Origin: Gracilinanus agilis
Taxonomy: Eukaryota
Direction: 5' to 3'
NCBI RefSeq assembly: GCF_016433145.1
Contig: NC_058132.1
Coordinates: forward strand, 648,301,885-648,365,884
Length of the DNA: 64,000 nucleotides
The position numbers and the translations under genes were made by a program. The notes beneath the pieces were generated by a model. That model saw only the letters and a list, made by a program, of their open reading frames with translations. It had not been told where the DNA came from and ran no database searches. Below, piece by piece: positions 20,701 to 35,700 of this stretch. Position 1 is the first letter of the stretch. Each line of letters starts with the position of its first letter.

Positions 20701-23700
20701 CCACAGCTACCAAGACCATCTTTCCCTGGCTCCCTATCGCTTCTGACAAAAGGAAAACTCTGAGCCGGCCTGCCTCCCACACCCCCTCATTGGCCATGCT
20801 CCAGACAAACTGGCCTCCATGTCCTTTGGTGAGGCTCCCCCTCAGCACCCCCTCCTTCTAGCCCTTCAAGGCTCATCCCAGGTGCTACCTCCTCCAAGTA
20901 GCCCTCCCTGATCCCCTTTGTATTGCCTATCTCCTTGAGGTCAGGGGATGAATTCTCTTTTTTACCTGTCGCCAGCATTGGTCAGGATGGGTCAGCCATC
21001 GCTCTGGTGCTTGTTCAAATGGATCTTACGCCCCTTCGTTACCCTGCAAGCCTCATGCTAATATTGGTCCTGGGGTCTCCTCTGGCCCTGACTCTTGGTT
21101 GGGGAGATGCCTGTTGCTGCCTGCTGTGTCTTCAGGCACCCCCCCATCCTTAAACTCTGCCAAGCTCCTCTGAGGAGCCTGAGCCTTCTTGGTCAAGGCT
21201 GTGGAAGCCCAGCACTCCAGAGGTGCCTCTCCAGCCTCGGAGATCACAGTTTTCTTCGCAAGAGGCATCATGGCAGAGAGCCCACTGCATGGGGTCACTG
21301 GGTTCTCTGCCCAAGGTCCATGTCTCTGAATCACGAGTCAGGGACCTGTGGGGCCCTTTGGTGCCCCAATGGCGTGGCTCCAAGCCTCCTTCTGGCACCA
21401 TCTTCCTCGCCTTCCCTTCCCTACTTAGAGCTCATCTGTCCAAGCTGGACAGCTCAGCACTCCCACACAATCCCAGCTCCACAGTATTGCTCAGCTGTGT
21501 ATTATGTTGGAAATGCCCCAAATGTCCACCAGCCATTCCCTCTGGCCCAGCTGCCCACCTCAGGCCTCCTCCCTCCACCCTAGAACTGTCCGGGCCTCTC
21601 TCAACTCCTTCGCACCCAACTTTGAGCCCTGATCTTGAGGGCGAGGCGCGGCATCTCATGTGTCTTGTCCAGGGCCTCCTCAGGGACTCAATAAATGGGC
21701 GCTGACTTTTGTGGAAAGGAAAATCAAGTGACATCCAGAAGGAGTCCACTGACCATAGAGTAAAAGAGAGCCCTGGATCTGGAGCCCAAGGGCCTGGGTT
21801 CCAATTGAGCCCTGCTCTTTCCCACCTGGGTAATTTTAGGAAAGTTAGTTCACCACTCATTGGCCCTCAGTTTCCCCATTCATAAAATGGGGGCTGCTTG
21901 GGGTGGGCTCGGGGGCTCGGACTCACATCGTCCAGGAAGACCCTGCACTGCATGGAGATGACCTCGAAGGAGGATCCCAAGTCATCCTCGCCTATGAGCC
22001 CCAGCACCTTGGTCAGCGCCACCATGGTCTCTGTGATCACCTGGGTGCTGATGGGGTCGCTGAGCGAGCACAGAAACTTCTTCCTGAGTAGCTTCCGGTA
22101 CTGTTTGACCTGGGCAGGACACAGAGCAGGGCCTCACTCGCCCAGTCGTGGCTGGAGCCCCAGAGGCGGCCCCGGCCTGGCTCTCTCCTCACCTTGCTGG
22201 GAGCCCCAATGGCCAGGTTGCCCAGGGCCCGGGTGGACAGCAGGCGCAGGGTGCTGTGGATGTGGCTGGCCCCCTTGGCCAGCTTGAAAATGGTGGGCTT
22301 CAGCATCTTCTTTCGATGGAGAACTGGGTCACACATGAGCTGGGGAGAGAAGGGGCAGGGGTCAGCCAGGGTCCCCTTGGGCTCTGGGCAAACCTCTCCT
22401 TCCCCCAGGAGTAAGTGGATGCCCAGGGCTGCCCCTCTTACTGGGCACCAGCAGGTGTGGAATAAAAGAAACAAGTTTTAGGAAAACGAGTCTGACTTCA
22501 CTCGGGATGTGAGCAGCACCTAGGCCAGAGTCTGGGTCCAAGGGAAGACTGACCCCAGGAGGGAGGAGCAGCTGGCCCTTCTCCTTCAGCTCCAGAGATC
22601 CACTCCCAAGAGCAGCCCCGAGGGGGGCCTCCAAAGGGGCCGTTTTCATTTCGGTCTCCCATCAGTGTTCAGTCCACCTGGCTGCCAAGGTGGGGAGAGG
22701 GGAGGGTTTACCCAGGGGTGCCTGAGCGGCGGGATGAGGAGGCTGCCTGGGGGCCAGGAGAGCCAGGTGGTCAGGGTGAAGGGAGCCCCAGCTCCCAAAG
22801 GGACTCTCTGGGGTCCAGGCTCTCCCCACCAGGCCCCAGGCAGAAAGGCTCCTGCTGGCCAAGAGCTGGGGGCAGAGCCTGGTGCTGTGAGCAAAGATCC
22901 CACAAGGGAGGAGGAGGAGAGGGCCCCGGCCTCAAAGCAGCTCAGGAGGGGCGATGCTGAGCCCCAAAGCTGCCAGCCTCCACCCCGTGACTTACTTCTA
23001 CGAAGAAGGCCGTGCTGCTGAGGCGCCAGGGCAAGAACTCCGAGTCCAGGCCTGGGAGAAGCAGCTGAGCAAACCTGTGGCTGTGGGAGCTGAGGTGCAG
23101 GACCATGGCTCTAAGGGGGCACAAAGGAGGTCACAGAAGCCCCCGGTTGGAGCTGGGCCGGATCCCACTCACAGCCCAGCCAAGCCAGCTCTCCCACTGT
23201 TTTATTTCCCACCTCCATGCCTTTGCCCTCCCCTACAGCCTTGAAAGCTTCCTCACAGACTCAGCTCAAGCAGCACCTTCTGCCCAGAGCTTGTCCCACT
23301 GCCCTGGCTCATACCTCAAAGGAGCCATCTCGAGGCCACTTCTAAGTTGGCTGACTAAGTTGGAACCATGTGTGGGATGCCAGACTCTAAGGAAGGGCCA
23401 GGTGATGGCCCTGGCATGGTGGGCAGAGTGCCAGGTGGGCACCTTCCTCAGACTCAGGCTCCTAAGAACCTGACCCCATGAGAGTCCTTTCTGGAAGGCA
23501 GGAGGGCCCCCTGCCCACTTCCGGGACTCCTAGGACAGGGGTGGCACAGCTGGGCATCCCCCAGCCACATGCCCAGAGGCTTTCTCATGCTCATCTGGGC
23601 TACCTGGCCAGGAGACAGACTCCATCAATGTACGTCCGGGGGTCCTCCAGGAGGGCCCAAACCCTCTGCTCCATCAGGCTCTGCATCATCTCCTCACTCC

Positions 23701-26700
23701 CAGTGCGACTCATTATGCCCTGCAGGGTCTTGACTGTGAGCCTGGGAAAACCAGGGAAGGAGAGCGGCCCTTCAGGTGACGGGTGCTGGGCATCGCAGGG
23801 CACACGAGAAGAGGCAGAGGCCAGCCCCTGTCCTCAAGGAGCTTGTGGATTATGGACAGACGGAAGACCCCGGAATTACCAGGGCTGGGGAAGGCTTCCT
23901 GGAGGAGGGGGATTTTAGCCAGGACTTCAGGGAAGCTAGAGGGTCTGCAGTGAAAGCAGAGGAGGGAGAGCATTGCTGGTATGGGAAGGCCAGAGAAAAT
24001 GCCAAGATCCAAGAGAGGGAGGGCCAGGGGCAGCCGAACAGCTCAGGAGGCAGAGAGCCAGGCCAGAAACAGGAAGTCATAGGTTCAAATCCAGCCTCAA
24101 ACACTTCCTAGCTGTGTTATCCTGGGCACTCTCCTTATTGGCTTTCCCCAGCCCCTAAGCCATAGCCCAATCTCCATCCTCTGGCCTTGGTCCTGCCCAC
24201 CCTGGGACTAGGAACCCAAAGGACTCGGGGACCTCCATAGGCCCTTCAGCTGTCAGTCCACTGATGACCCCCTAAGCCTTCATCTTATCCTCTGGGAAAT
24301 GAGCACAGTGAGGGGCGATCACTGCCTGCCCTCAGGTCCAGGAAGGCGCATTCTGTCCAGATGGGGAAGGAGCCGCCCCAGGTCCCGAGCTTTTCCTCCC
24401 TCCACCCTGCCTCCTGGGTCCATCCCTTCTCCCTGCTCACATACTTGCGCCCCACCACCTCTCCCCAGGACTATCCCAGCAGCCACCCCCACACTGTCTG
24501 CCCATGCCAGGCTCCCCCATTCCACCCCCTCCGAAGGCTCCTTCTTGCCCTGCGGGTCTGTGCTAAAGGCATCGACCTGCTTGTAAAGCCCCTCCCCAGC
24601 TCCCATCCAGCCTTGTCGGACCACCAAGCCTACACGTGCCCCCACTGCGCCCACGCGAGCCCCCACTGCGCCCATGCTGCACCACACTCCATCATCCCTC
24701 CCTGGGCACTTGGCTCTGCATCCCTCGTGTCCCCCACAAAAGGGCTCGAATCCAGCCTGATGGGTGTTGTGTAGGCCACTTTCTCAGGTGTATTATCTTC
24801 CTCCACATCCTGCCCCCCCCCAAGTCTCATGTCCCTGGAGCCTGACACACAGTAGGTGCTTTTTTAGCAAAGATGACTGATGGCTGCTGCAGGGCAGAAT
24901 GAATTGTTCCCTGCCAGCTCACCAAGAGCGCCAAGAGCACCAAGAGTGCCAAGAGCGCCAAGAGCTCCGGGGTCTCCAGACCTTTGAGAGGGGAAGCTGG
25001 GGTTGGGGGAGGGCAGGTGTCCCTCCATCCGGTCATCACCCCAGCCCAGCGGCCCTACCTGCGGGGAGTGGTTTTGTTCTGCAGGTTCCCAGTCTGGATG
25101 ACCCCCCAGGAGTCCGGCGGCAGGGAGGCCTGCGAGGGCTCCAAAGTGCTGCTCAGCTCCTGGAGGACTGTGCAGGACAGTTCTGGGAAGATGTCCTGCA
25201 GGTTCTCCCTGCTGTCCAGGGCCATGGTGATCTTGTGGAGGGCACACACCGCCTGCAGGGAGAGAGCAGCCCATGTGCCAGATCCCACCCCCAGTGGAGC
25301 CCCCACCACGGAGGGGCTCCCACCCTGCACCATTCCTTGCCACTAATGAGCAGCCCATGTGCTGTGCTCACGCTGCACCAGCTGCCCTCCCATGTGTCCC
25401 CCCCAACAGAGGAGCAGCCCCCGGGCTCCACACTGGCTCACGGTGATGGGGTCCACGGCAGCCAGCCGCCACACGTCCTTTTTGGAGGTGGCCCGGCTCC
25501 TGGGGGCTTTCTTCTCCTGGATCCTGGACATCAGGGCATGCAGGATCTTCTGAGCAAAGGCTGTGTCTTCTGCCAGCGCTTCCCACAACTCGGTGACGTT
25601 ACTGGAACAGAACCATCAATGGCTGCCTCGGTTCTCCAGTCTGACATTCAAGGATCTCCCCCAACAAGCCCTGCCCAGCTCCCCAGCCCAATCTCATAGC
25701 ACTCTCCAGTCCAACGGAACAAGACTATTCTCTGCCCCAGCCTAGCCACCAGCACATACCCCATCTTCTCCCTTCTGGGAGGGGCACAATGTCAGGAAGA
25801 TCCATGCTCAAATCTGGCCTCAGACACAAAACTGGCTGTGTGACTCTGAACCAGTCACTTTAACTTGCCTACCTCAGTTTCCTCAGCTGCAAAATGGGGG
25901 AAATCCTAGCATCTACTGCCCAGGACCATTGTGAGGTTTTGTAGAGGCTCTTAATGAGTGCGGTTCCCCCACTCCCTCAGCCTATACCCTCCCTCTCTCC
26001 TCTTCCTGGGAATCCTCTGATGACACCTCCTCCATGAAGCCTTCCCCCTCTCCATCTGCCATTCTCTGAGTCACCCATTGGGCCCTGCTGTATGTCACTG
26101 TTCTGCTCACCCTCCCCCTCCCCAGGGTCATCTCTCAGTCAAAGCGGGCATCGATCTCTTTGAACCCCTGGCAGAGGATTCTGTGCACAGTAGGTCTTCA
26201 TTTAATGTCACATGAGACCAGATGAATTGGCACAAAATAACCAACCAGATCAGGAGGGAGATGGGCCCCTCCCTGAGGGTGCCCAGCCTGTGCCCAGCTT
26301 GGACAGTGCTAGGTCAAGGTTGACATCAGGTTAGCGTTCTCAGCTCTCCCTTCTAGCACTTAACTCTGTGACTCTGGGAATGATTTCAATTCTGCTCCTG
26401 ATCTCTGAGTGACCCTGGGCCAGTCCTCATGTGGGGACAGCATGAGGACAGCAGGAGCTTCCATCAGGAAAAGCTCTGGAAAATCCAAAAAGAGCCCCCC
26501 AGTAGCAAAGACTCTGGGGTAGCCATAGTGCAGCTAAAGTCAGACACGGAGCTCATTCCTCACCTGAGGCTCCAACCCCTCCCTCTCCTCCTTCTTTGCT
26601 AAAACTTTCAGCCAAGAACCACTGATGTTATGCATTCTGTGGGAATCTGGAGTAGACGGTTACATATTGACATATTGATGTATGCGCCTATAGAAAACTC

Positions 26701-29700
26701 TGTCTGGATTCGATGAGGTGAACCAGATCCTCTGTACCAAACTTGTCAATCGTTTACCTTCCTTGTTTAAGTGGAAATTTGTACAATATCCCCAGCTTGT
26801 TTCCCCCACACATAAAAGTAGATGTAACTTTCAACAAAGTGCTTCTGGTTGCTATCAGTGCCTTTAGCCCTCCTGACACTCAACTGTGTCTGTGTCGTTT
26901 TCCCTGCTGCCTTTTGGGGACCCTGAGAATGTCATGGACTACATCCTCTCACCCCACAGGCTTCCATTTCCTTCTCTCTACAATGAAGGGTTTGGGCTCT
27001 TGGACCTCGAGGGCACAAGGGTATCTTCCCCTTAAACCTATGGTCTCACGTGCAGCAGACAGAGAGGAAGAACTGAGGAAGAATNNNNNNNNNNNNNNNN
27101 NNNNNNNNNNNNNNNNNNNNNNNNNNNNNNNNNNNNNNNNNNNNNNNNNNNNNNNNNNNNNNNNNNNNNNNNNNNNNNNNNNNNNNNNNNNNNNNNNNNN
27201 NNNNNNNNNNNNNNNNNTGTGTGGGTATCTGAGTGTGTGTGTGAGAGAGAGGGGGTGAGTGTGTGTGTATGAGTCTGTGAACGTGTGTGTGACTATGTGA
27301 CTTGTGAGAGTATGTGTGTGTGCATGAGTGTGTGTGTGTGTGTGTGTGCATATGAGCATGTGCATGATCTTATCTCAGTATGGACTTCCAGACTGCACTT
27401 ATGGTCTTGTTGGGACTGGGCACTCCCTGTGCCAGAGCCATTTGGCACCTCTTCTTGGGCCTTGGTCTCAGAGAGCTGCCTGGGGCACAGAGCAGGCTCA
27501 CTGCCTGGCTCAGGGTGTCCCTGCCAGGCTGTGCCTGAACTAGTTCCCAAGCTGAGTCTTTGGGGCTCCACGGGCCCCCCTGCTCATAAGAGCCGAGCTG
27601 GGCCAGCAGGCATGGACCATTTCCTAAGCCCAGGGGCTGCGTGCACTGATGCTCAATGCCAGGTTTCTCACAAGAATCGAGGGAGTCACATCTAGTCGTG
27701 GGAGGAGCCTGGCACCCCCTCAAAGGAGGGCTGAGCCTCGAGTCCCCCCAGCCCCCACCACCTACCTGTCTAGAGGCAGCGGTTGCCTCAAGAGGGAGGT
27801 GATGACTGTCTCCTGGTAGGCATGAGCCAGCAAGAGCACAGCCTCCACCAGGGGACGCCGCACATCCGGGTGGCCCACAGAGGGCAGGTGGGCCAAGATG
27901 GTGCTCAGGATCTCTGGCACCTGCGGAGGATGGAGACCATGACCAGGTTGGCGGGGCAGCCAGCCCCCACCATTGAGGCACCCCCCAGGCCTCCCCCCCA
28001 CTCTACCTTGTCCTCTAACTCGTGCCCTCGAAGCTTGAGGATGGTGTTGAGCCAGATGACGGCGGCCTTGTCGTGGGAGAGATTGGTGGCCCCCAGGCTC
28101 TCACAGGTGCTCTGGAAGAGGATGACCAGCTCCTCCCACCGCACCTCCTTGCTGATCACCTATGAGCAAACCAAGCCCAGCCAGAGGTCAGGGTGCCCTG
28201 AGCCCTGCCTCAGCCTCCCCAGATCCCTGAGGAAGCCGGAGTCTCCCCCTGGAAGCCCAGAGTAGAGGCTCTTCACCTGGATGTGCCACCCTGGCTCTTT
28301 AATGGCCATCATTGCCCCCAGGTCTCCTCCAGAGCCCAAGCATGTTGTTTTAGGCACTGAAACACTCTCTTTGGAGAAGAGTCGATGCATAGGCCCCACC
28401 TGGCTGCCCAAGGGGACAGGAAAGGTCAAGAACCCCCAGTCTGGAGGTTCGTGGTTCCTCTGGAGGGGTGCCCTTTCCCCAGGCCTACTCAGGAAGGTCA
28501 CAGAATCTCGGGGCTCCGAGGCACCTCCGGGGCTGCCTGGAATCCTCACTTTGGGCTGGTCACTGTGGGCAAGTGTTTCCCAGAACCAAGCCTGAATTGG
28601 CCTCTTGGCAGCTCTTACCCATCCTTCCTAGACCCACCTTCTAGGGCCCAACAGAATCCGTCTCTTCTGCCTTTCAGAAAAATGGAGACCTCAAGCTCCC
28701 AACACTCCTGAGCCTCCTCTTCTCCAGTCAAGGGTCCCCAGTGCCCTGTGCTGAGCCTCACAAGGTGGAGGGGGCCCCAGTGTCTTCTGCCATCTTGTTA
28801 ACTCTCCTACTTGTATCCTCCAGTTTCCCTGATGTAATCCCTAGAGCCCAGAACCCTGATGAGGTCTGATCAAGGAAGGGGGCAGCAGGACTACCAGCTC
28901 CTGGTTCTAAACACAACACCTCTGTGGCCACCTGCCACTAGTGGTCTCATTAACACTCTTGGCTGGCACACTCCATGGCAGACTCCTATGGAGCCAACTA
29001 TGCCCTCTTTTGCCCTCTGTCTCTACTCGGGCCCTGATGCCCAGCCTAGAAACAGGAGCCTTCCAAATGCTCAAGAAAACAAGTTGATTAAAGCCTTGGT
29101 GCCCTGGTGCCCTGGTGCCCTGGCACCAGAGACAAAATCTCAAGCAATGGCCATCACCTGAGAGGCCCCAGAGCTCCCCAGAGAGAAGGCGACATCAAGC
29201 TCCAAGTGACTACACAGCCTGGGGAGAAGCATCCTGGGGCAGCTTAGAGAGAACAGAGCCAGAAGGCAAGGGGATGCCCACTGGGACTGCCTCTAAGGTT
29301 CCTTGGGGTGTTCTGTCACAGCAGCCAGAAAGACCCAAGTTCAAATCCTGCCTCAGACACTAGATGTGTGACCCTCGGGGGGAAAAAAACTTCCCCACTT
29401 TTGCCTCCTGTGTAAAATTTGGATAATAATATTATCAATCTCCCAGGGCTGTTGTGAGGATCAAGAGAGCTACATATGGGGAGTATTTTACAAACCCTGA
29501 AGTGCTGGATAAATCCTAACTAGTGGTAGTAATGGCAGAATTGTCACAGTGGCAGCAGTGATGGCGGCAGCAGTACCCACAAGGACCCAGGAGCTCCCCA
29601 GCGTCTCTGCCTGCCAGCACCCAGGGATGCCCGGGGTGCACCGAAAGAACCAAACGTGTGGCCGGGCTCTGCTGAGGGTAGGGGCTGGGGTCTGAGGGTC

Positions 29701-32700
29701 CAGCCCGAGACAGATGCCTCGGTGGGTCTGGAGCTCAGGTCACCAGCCTTAATCACCTTGGCGATCCTGGCGGACAAGGAATAGAGCTTGTCCATGTCCG
29801 TCGTCTTCAGTTCTTCTTTGATGTCCAGCAGCTCCTTCTCTGTCGCCGTGTCCTGTATGGACCAGGGCCGGGCTGCAATTCACAAATACGGTGAAGATCC
29901 TTGGGAAGTCCAAGGAGAGAGAGCAGAGGCCAGGCCAAGGCACTCATGAATCTCTCCCCCACAGCTCTCCCAGGGCTCAGAGTTCTCAGTGTCCAAGCCT
30001 GAGGACCCCCAGGTCCCCTTCTCCATGTGGAGGTCCAGGCCCCTTCGAGAGTCTCAGTTCCCCTCAGTGGTCTGGGGACTCTTCTCCCTCCTCACACTAT
30101 CAGGCTACTCCCCACTCTGGTATCCCCCATCCCTAGGTGAAATGCAAGCCCAAAGAGGGAAGGGGCTGGTTCCTCTTCTCTTCTTTCTGCCTCCAAGGCT
30201 CACACGGTTCTAGGCACATAGTAGGTGCTTAATAAATGCTCATCGGCTGATTCATTGACGGATTTGGTTTGAGACAACAATAAATGGTCAAACAAACTGC
30301 AAACAGAGGAGAGTTGAAAGGTCCACAGAGACGTGGATTTTCACCTTCCCAAATAGCCTTGCCTGGCCAAACACCAAGGGAAGGTCAGACATCAAAGAGC
30401 ATATCCCACACAAATTAGGGGGGAAAGAAGAGTTTCCCTGTCACATCTATGGATGGGGGAAGAATCTGCGACCAAACAAGAGTTACAGAATATACAATGA
30501 ATCATTAGATTATAGGAAATTAAAAGCTTCTGAACAAACAAAAGCAACGCTGTCAAGATTAGAAGGAAAGCAGGAGACTGGGCGGGGAGGGGCAGGACTT
30601 TGTAGCAAGTTTCTCTGATAAAAGCCTCATTTCTCATACGCAGAGAGAACTGAGTCAAATTTCCAAGAATGCAAGTCATTCCCCAATTGATAAATGGTCA
30701 AAGACAATGAACAGGCCATTTTCAGAAGAAGCAATCAAAGCTATCTACAGTCATCTGAAAAAATCCTCTAACTCACTATAGAGAAATGCACGTTAAAACA
30801 AGTGTGACGAGATCATTCGCACCGATCAGATTGTCTAATATGGCAGAAAGGGAAAACAATCAAAGTGATGTGAAAAATTGAGACACTAACACACTGTTGG
30901 CCAAGTGGTCCGATTATTCTGGAGAAAAATTTGGAACTATACCCAAAGGGCTATAGCAATGCCACTACTAGGTCTGTATCCCGAAGAGACCAAAGAAAAA
31001 GGAAAAGGACCCATATGTACAGAAATACTGATGGCAGCTCTTCTTGTGGTGACAAAGAATCCGAAATTGAGGGGACATCCATCAACCGGGGAATGGTTAA
31101 GCAAGTTGTCATATATGAATGTGAGGGCAGACTGTTGTGCTATCAGAAATAAAGAGGAGGAAAGTACCAGAAAAACCTAAGAAGACTCGTATGAATTAAT
31201 GCAGAGAGAAATAAGCAGAACCAGGAGAACATCGTATACAGTGAGAGCAATATTGGGCAATGAGCAACAAATATCAACTGTAATCAAATTGCTTGCTAAC
31301 TTATGGAAGGGGTAGGGAAAGGAGAGAATTTGAAACAGATATTTTTTAAAATAAATTAGGTTTTGGGGGCAGCTGGGTAACTCAGTGGATTGGGAGCCAG
31401 GCCTAGAGATGGGAGGTCCCGGGTTAAAATCTGGCTTCAGACACTTTCTAGGTGTGTGACCCTGGGCAAGTCACTTAACTCCCATTGCCTAGCCCTTACC
31501 ACTCTTTTGTCTTGGAACCAAAACATAGTATTAATTCTAAGACAGAAGNNNNNNNNNNNNNNNNNNNNNNNNNNNNNNNNNNNNNNNNNNNNNNNNNNNN
31601 NNNNNNNNNNNNNNNNNNNNNNNNNNNNNNNNNNNNNNNNNNNNNNNNNNNNNNNNNNNNNNNNNNNNNNNNNNNNNNNNNNNNNNNNNNNNNNNNNNNN
31701 NNNNNNNNNNNNNNNNNNNNNNNNNNNNNNNNNNNNNNNNNNNNNNNNNNNNNNNNNNNNNNNNNNNNNNNNNNNNNNNNNNNNNNNNNNNNNNNNNNNN
31801 NNNNNNNNNNNNNNNNNNNNNNNNNNNNNAAAAGCAGGAGCTCCCTAAGTGGGGAGACAGGGTCTTACCACCCATCCCACCCCACCCCAGGAAGAGTGGA
31901 AGGGGTGATTGCTAGCTTCTTACCCTGGAGGTCTAAAAGGCAGCAGATGACATCAACAGTGGACTGGCGGGTCTTCACCTCAGAGTCACAGGTATGTGGG
32001 GCCAAAAGTCCAATCAGAGTGCCAAACTGGCCAGATTTCAGGGGGATCTGGTTTGTAAGAGGCAGAAAACTGATGGTCTCAGAATCTGTATGTGTCTGTC
32101 CCTGTCTCTCTGACTGCCTCTCTGTCTCTATATCACTCTCTCTCTGTCTCTGTCTTTCTGTCTGTATCTCTTGCTTTTTTATTACACTCACACTGAGGTT
32201 CAAATATCAACCCAGAAAGACTTCAGTTTGCCTCCCACCCATGTTAATACTGGAAAACTAATTGGGGAACATTTCCTGAACCTTCTCCTCTCAGTAGTAA
32301 GGTGAGAACTGGGGGTGTAAGACATGGCCTAGTTCAGTGATGGTGAACCTTTTAGAGACTGAGGGCCGAAACTGCAGCCCCCATTCTGCTTATGAGCCCC
32401 CCCCCTCACCCCACCTTACCCCAGTCAGGGGAGGTAAGAAGCATTCCCACTGGGTTGCAGGGCAGAGGGGCAGGTGAAAAGTCCTCAGGGGCACATGGAG
32501 AGGGGAAGGAGCAGTGCACATGCTATTGGTTTGCCAACATGAGTCTAGTCTATCAAGATAGTTGTGGCAAACAGCTTTATTAAGTCTTTCTAGTTTTGAT
32601 ATAAGAAAGGGTTCCCCTGGGGTGGGAGGAGGAGCAGGCGGCTGTGATTGTGGCGTAAAACCAGAAGGCGATAAGAACACCTTGTGTGAGAGAGCCCACA

Positions 32701-35700
32701 CGTGCAATTTCACCAGTCCGTGGGGCTTCCAGTGAAGAAATGCGCTTTCCCAATGAAGGGCTGCACTAGCAGTCTTAGACCTCTGCCTGGATACTGAGGG
32801 GTTTAGTGATGTGTCCAGGCTCCTGCCCAGGCTTTGAGGGGCTTAGTAACTGGCTCTTCAGGGGGCACAAAGGCTTTTAAGTTGAATCAGCATCACTACT
32901 TTCTACAGAGGTTTCAGGGCATTTGTTGTTCAATGGGGGCAAGGGGAACCAAGTGGGAAAGACAGAAAATCAATGTTCATTAGGAGAAAGATTCCTTAAA
33001 TCTTCTTTTAAAAATAAATAAAATAACGGACAGCTGGGTGGCTAATGGATTGAGAGGCAGGCTAAGAGATGGGAGGTCCTGGATTCAAATCTAGACTCAG
33101 ACACCTCCTGGCTGTGTGACCCTGGACAAGTCACCTCATTGCCCAGCCTTTATTGTTCTTCTGCTTTAGAACCAATACACAGAATTGATTCTAAGATGGA
33201 AGGTAAGGGCTTTTGTTTTTGTTTTTGTTTTTGTTTTTGTTTTGAAAGAGAGGAAGGGTCTTGTTCATGGAAGGTAAGGGTTTATAGAGAGACAGAGTCA
33301 GAAAGATAGAGACAGACAGAGACAGAGACAGATGGGGGGAAGAGACAGACAGAGAGAAGAGAGAGACATACACAAACAGAAAAGAGNNNNNNNNNNNNNN
33401 NNNNNNNNNNNNNNNNNNNNNNNNNNNNNNNNNNNNNNNNNNNNNNNNNNNNNNNNNNNNNNNNNNNNNNNNNNNNNNNNNNNNNNNNNNNNNNNNNNNN
33501 NNNNNNNNNNNNNNGATGAGACAGAAAGAGAAAGATAGAGTGAGAGACAGACAGACAGAGAAGAGAGAGGGAGGAGGGAGAGGGAGAAGAGAGAGGGAGG
33601 AGNNNNNNNNNNNNNNNNNNNNNNNNNNNNNNNNNNNNNNNNNNNNNNNNNNNNNNNNNNNNNNNNNNNNNNNNNNNNNNNNNNNNNNNNNNNNNNNNNN
33701 NNNNNNNNNNNNNNNNNNNNNNNNNNNNNNNNNNNNNNNNNNNNNNNNNNNNNNNNNNNNNNGAGGCGGGGCTCAGCCTCTTGAGGGCAACATCTCAGGG
33801 AGTAAAGCCCAGCCTGGAGAAGTGGAGCTCATGCACAGGGGAGGGATGTTCCTCCAGACCCTGAGCCAGCTGCCAGCACAGGGCTTAGCTTGAGGAAGAC
33901 TCACCAGGATGGTGACACCCTCCCTATAGACTTGCAGGAGCCGAAGGCTCAGGGCGACCGCTCTCTCTCGCTCCCAGTCTTTCTCTGAATGTAACCACTT
34001 CTCAAGGAGCTGCAGGGGAAGGGAGGTGGGACAGCAGGCATTAGGAGGATGGGTGAGTCGGAATCACCTAAGAGAAGCCCTGAGACCCCTTTGCTTATTC
34101 CCACCAGATTAACAGTGGCTTGGAAGGTGCTCGCCAACTGGAGGACCAACTCTGTGACTGGGACTTGGCCAGCCTTTGCAGGGGAGGGGGCCCCATCTGA
34201 GCCCAGGACCATCCTTCCACATGCTTGGACATGAAGGGTCCTCAGAAGTCCCACTGATAAGCTCCTCCCATCCTCTGAAGTTTCTTTCCTAAGGAACTAT
34301 GGAATCACAAACAGGAGAATGAGGAGTTTGGAGGACCAAAGCTCACAATCCACGATGCCCTGCTTATGGCCACCAGCAATGCCAACTTCTTCTGGTACAT
34401 AGAAAGAGGGCTTCTGGGGTGTTTCCAAGCCAACTCACATGGAATATCTCCTGAAGGCCCTTGGGATCCATCTCTCTTTCCAGAAGGCTTTCCATCAGCA
34501 CCATCAGTGCATTCATGGAATTCTCGTATAACGTCTGAGACCAAGAGAAGACATGCCCAGGGGTTATCCACCCAACAGGAGTGAGAGGGCCCTGGAGCCT
34601 TTTGTTCTGCCTGATGCTAGGGAGAACGTCAGAGGCGTGAGCTCCATGGGGAAGCCACGTGGATGCTTAGAGCCTCAGTTCCCTTGTCTGTGAAATGGAG
34701 GCGTTAGATGAGAGGGTGTTGAGCTCTTCCAACCCTCAGACATGGGGACCTGAGGCCATTGGTCAGGTTCATTAGTGAGATTGTTCTTAGTTTAATTGGC
34801 AGAAGAAGCAGACTGGGAGGAGAGGATGGAAGGAGACCTGAGCCAGGTTCTCTTTCATTGCCGTGATCAGGGAGCCAGAGGAAGGTGGTCAGCTGAGGCC
34901 AATGACCCCAAGAAGGGTACAGCCCCCCTGATGCCCAGTCCACACCCACACATACTCCCAGGCTGCCTGTGGGAAGTATTTAAATCCAGAAAGTTCCCAG
35001 AAAAGCAACTCTCATCTGGTAGATCCTGGTCCTGCCCTGGTTCTGTGCCTCTAAAGCTGATTGTATTGGAAAGAGAAAAGGGAGGAGGAGGGGGCTGGGC
35101 TCTCATTGAGGCAGGTCAGGGCAGCTTGGGGGTCTCATTACCTCAGTGGCCTTCCCTACGTGGCTCCCTGGAGCTGTGGGCTTCTTTGGGAAGGTGCTAT
35201 TCATTGTTATAAGTGCCTAAGGTGGGTCTTGGGCACAGAGTGCCTCAAAGGGCTGGGCAGAACTGATTCCATGTCACAAGGTCAGCAATAGGTACAACTG
35301 GAGCAATCCCCCCCCCCCCAGCCCTTCTCCGTGGTCTCAGGTGTGCCTGGGTCCAAGGTTGAGGGACCTGACCTAGCCCAGGCCTCAGGTGGGGTATCTG
35401 GGTGTGAAGGAGCAAAGGTGCCCAATCCAGGATCCAGCTCAGTCTTGAACAGATGGGAGGCCTGAGAGGAGAACTTACCTGAACTTGTTCACTGTCCTCT
35501 CCTGGGGGCGGGAGAGGGAATACGCACTGGAGACTCCTGTCCATCAACTCGTGGTTTTCCTCCAGGGTGAAAGGAGGCCTCAGTTTGCTGGGAAAAGCAA
35601 AGGACAGTGAGGAACTGGCTGGTGGGCCCAAGAGGCCTGCCCTGGACAGGTGGAAGGAAGATGAAGCGGCCAACTTCCAGTGTCAGGGGGGGACTCTAGC

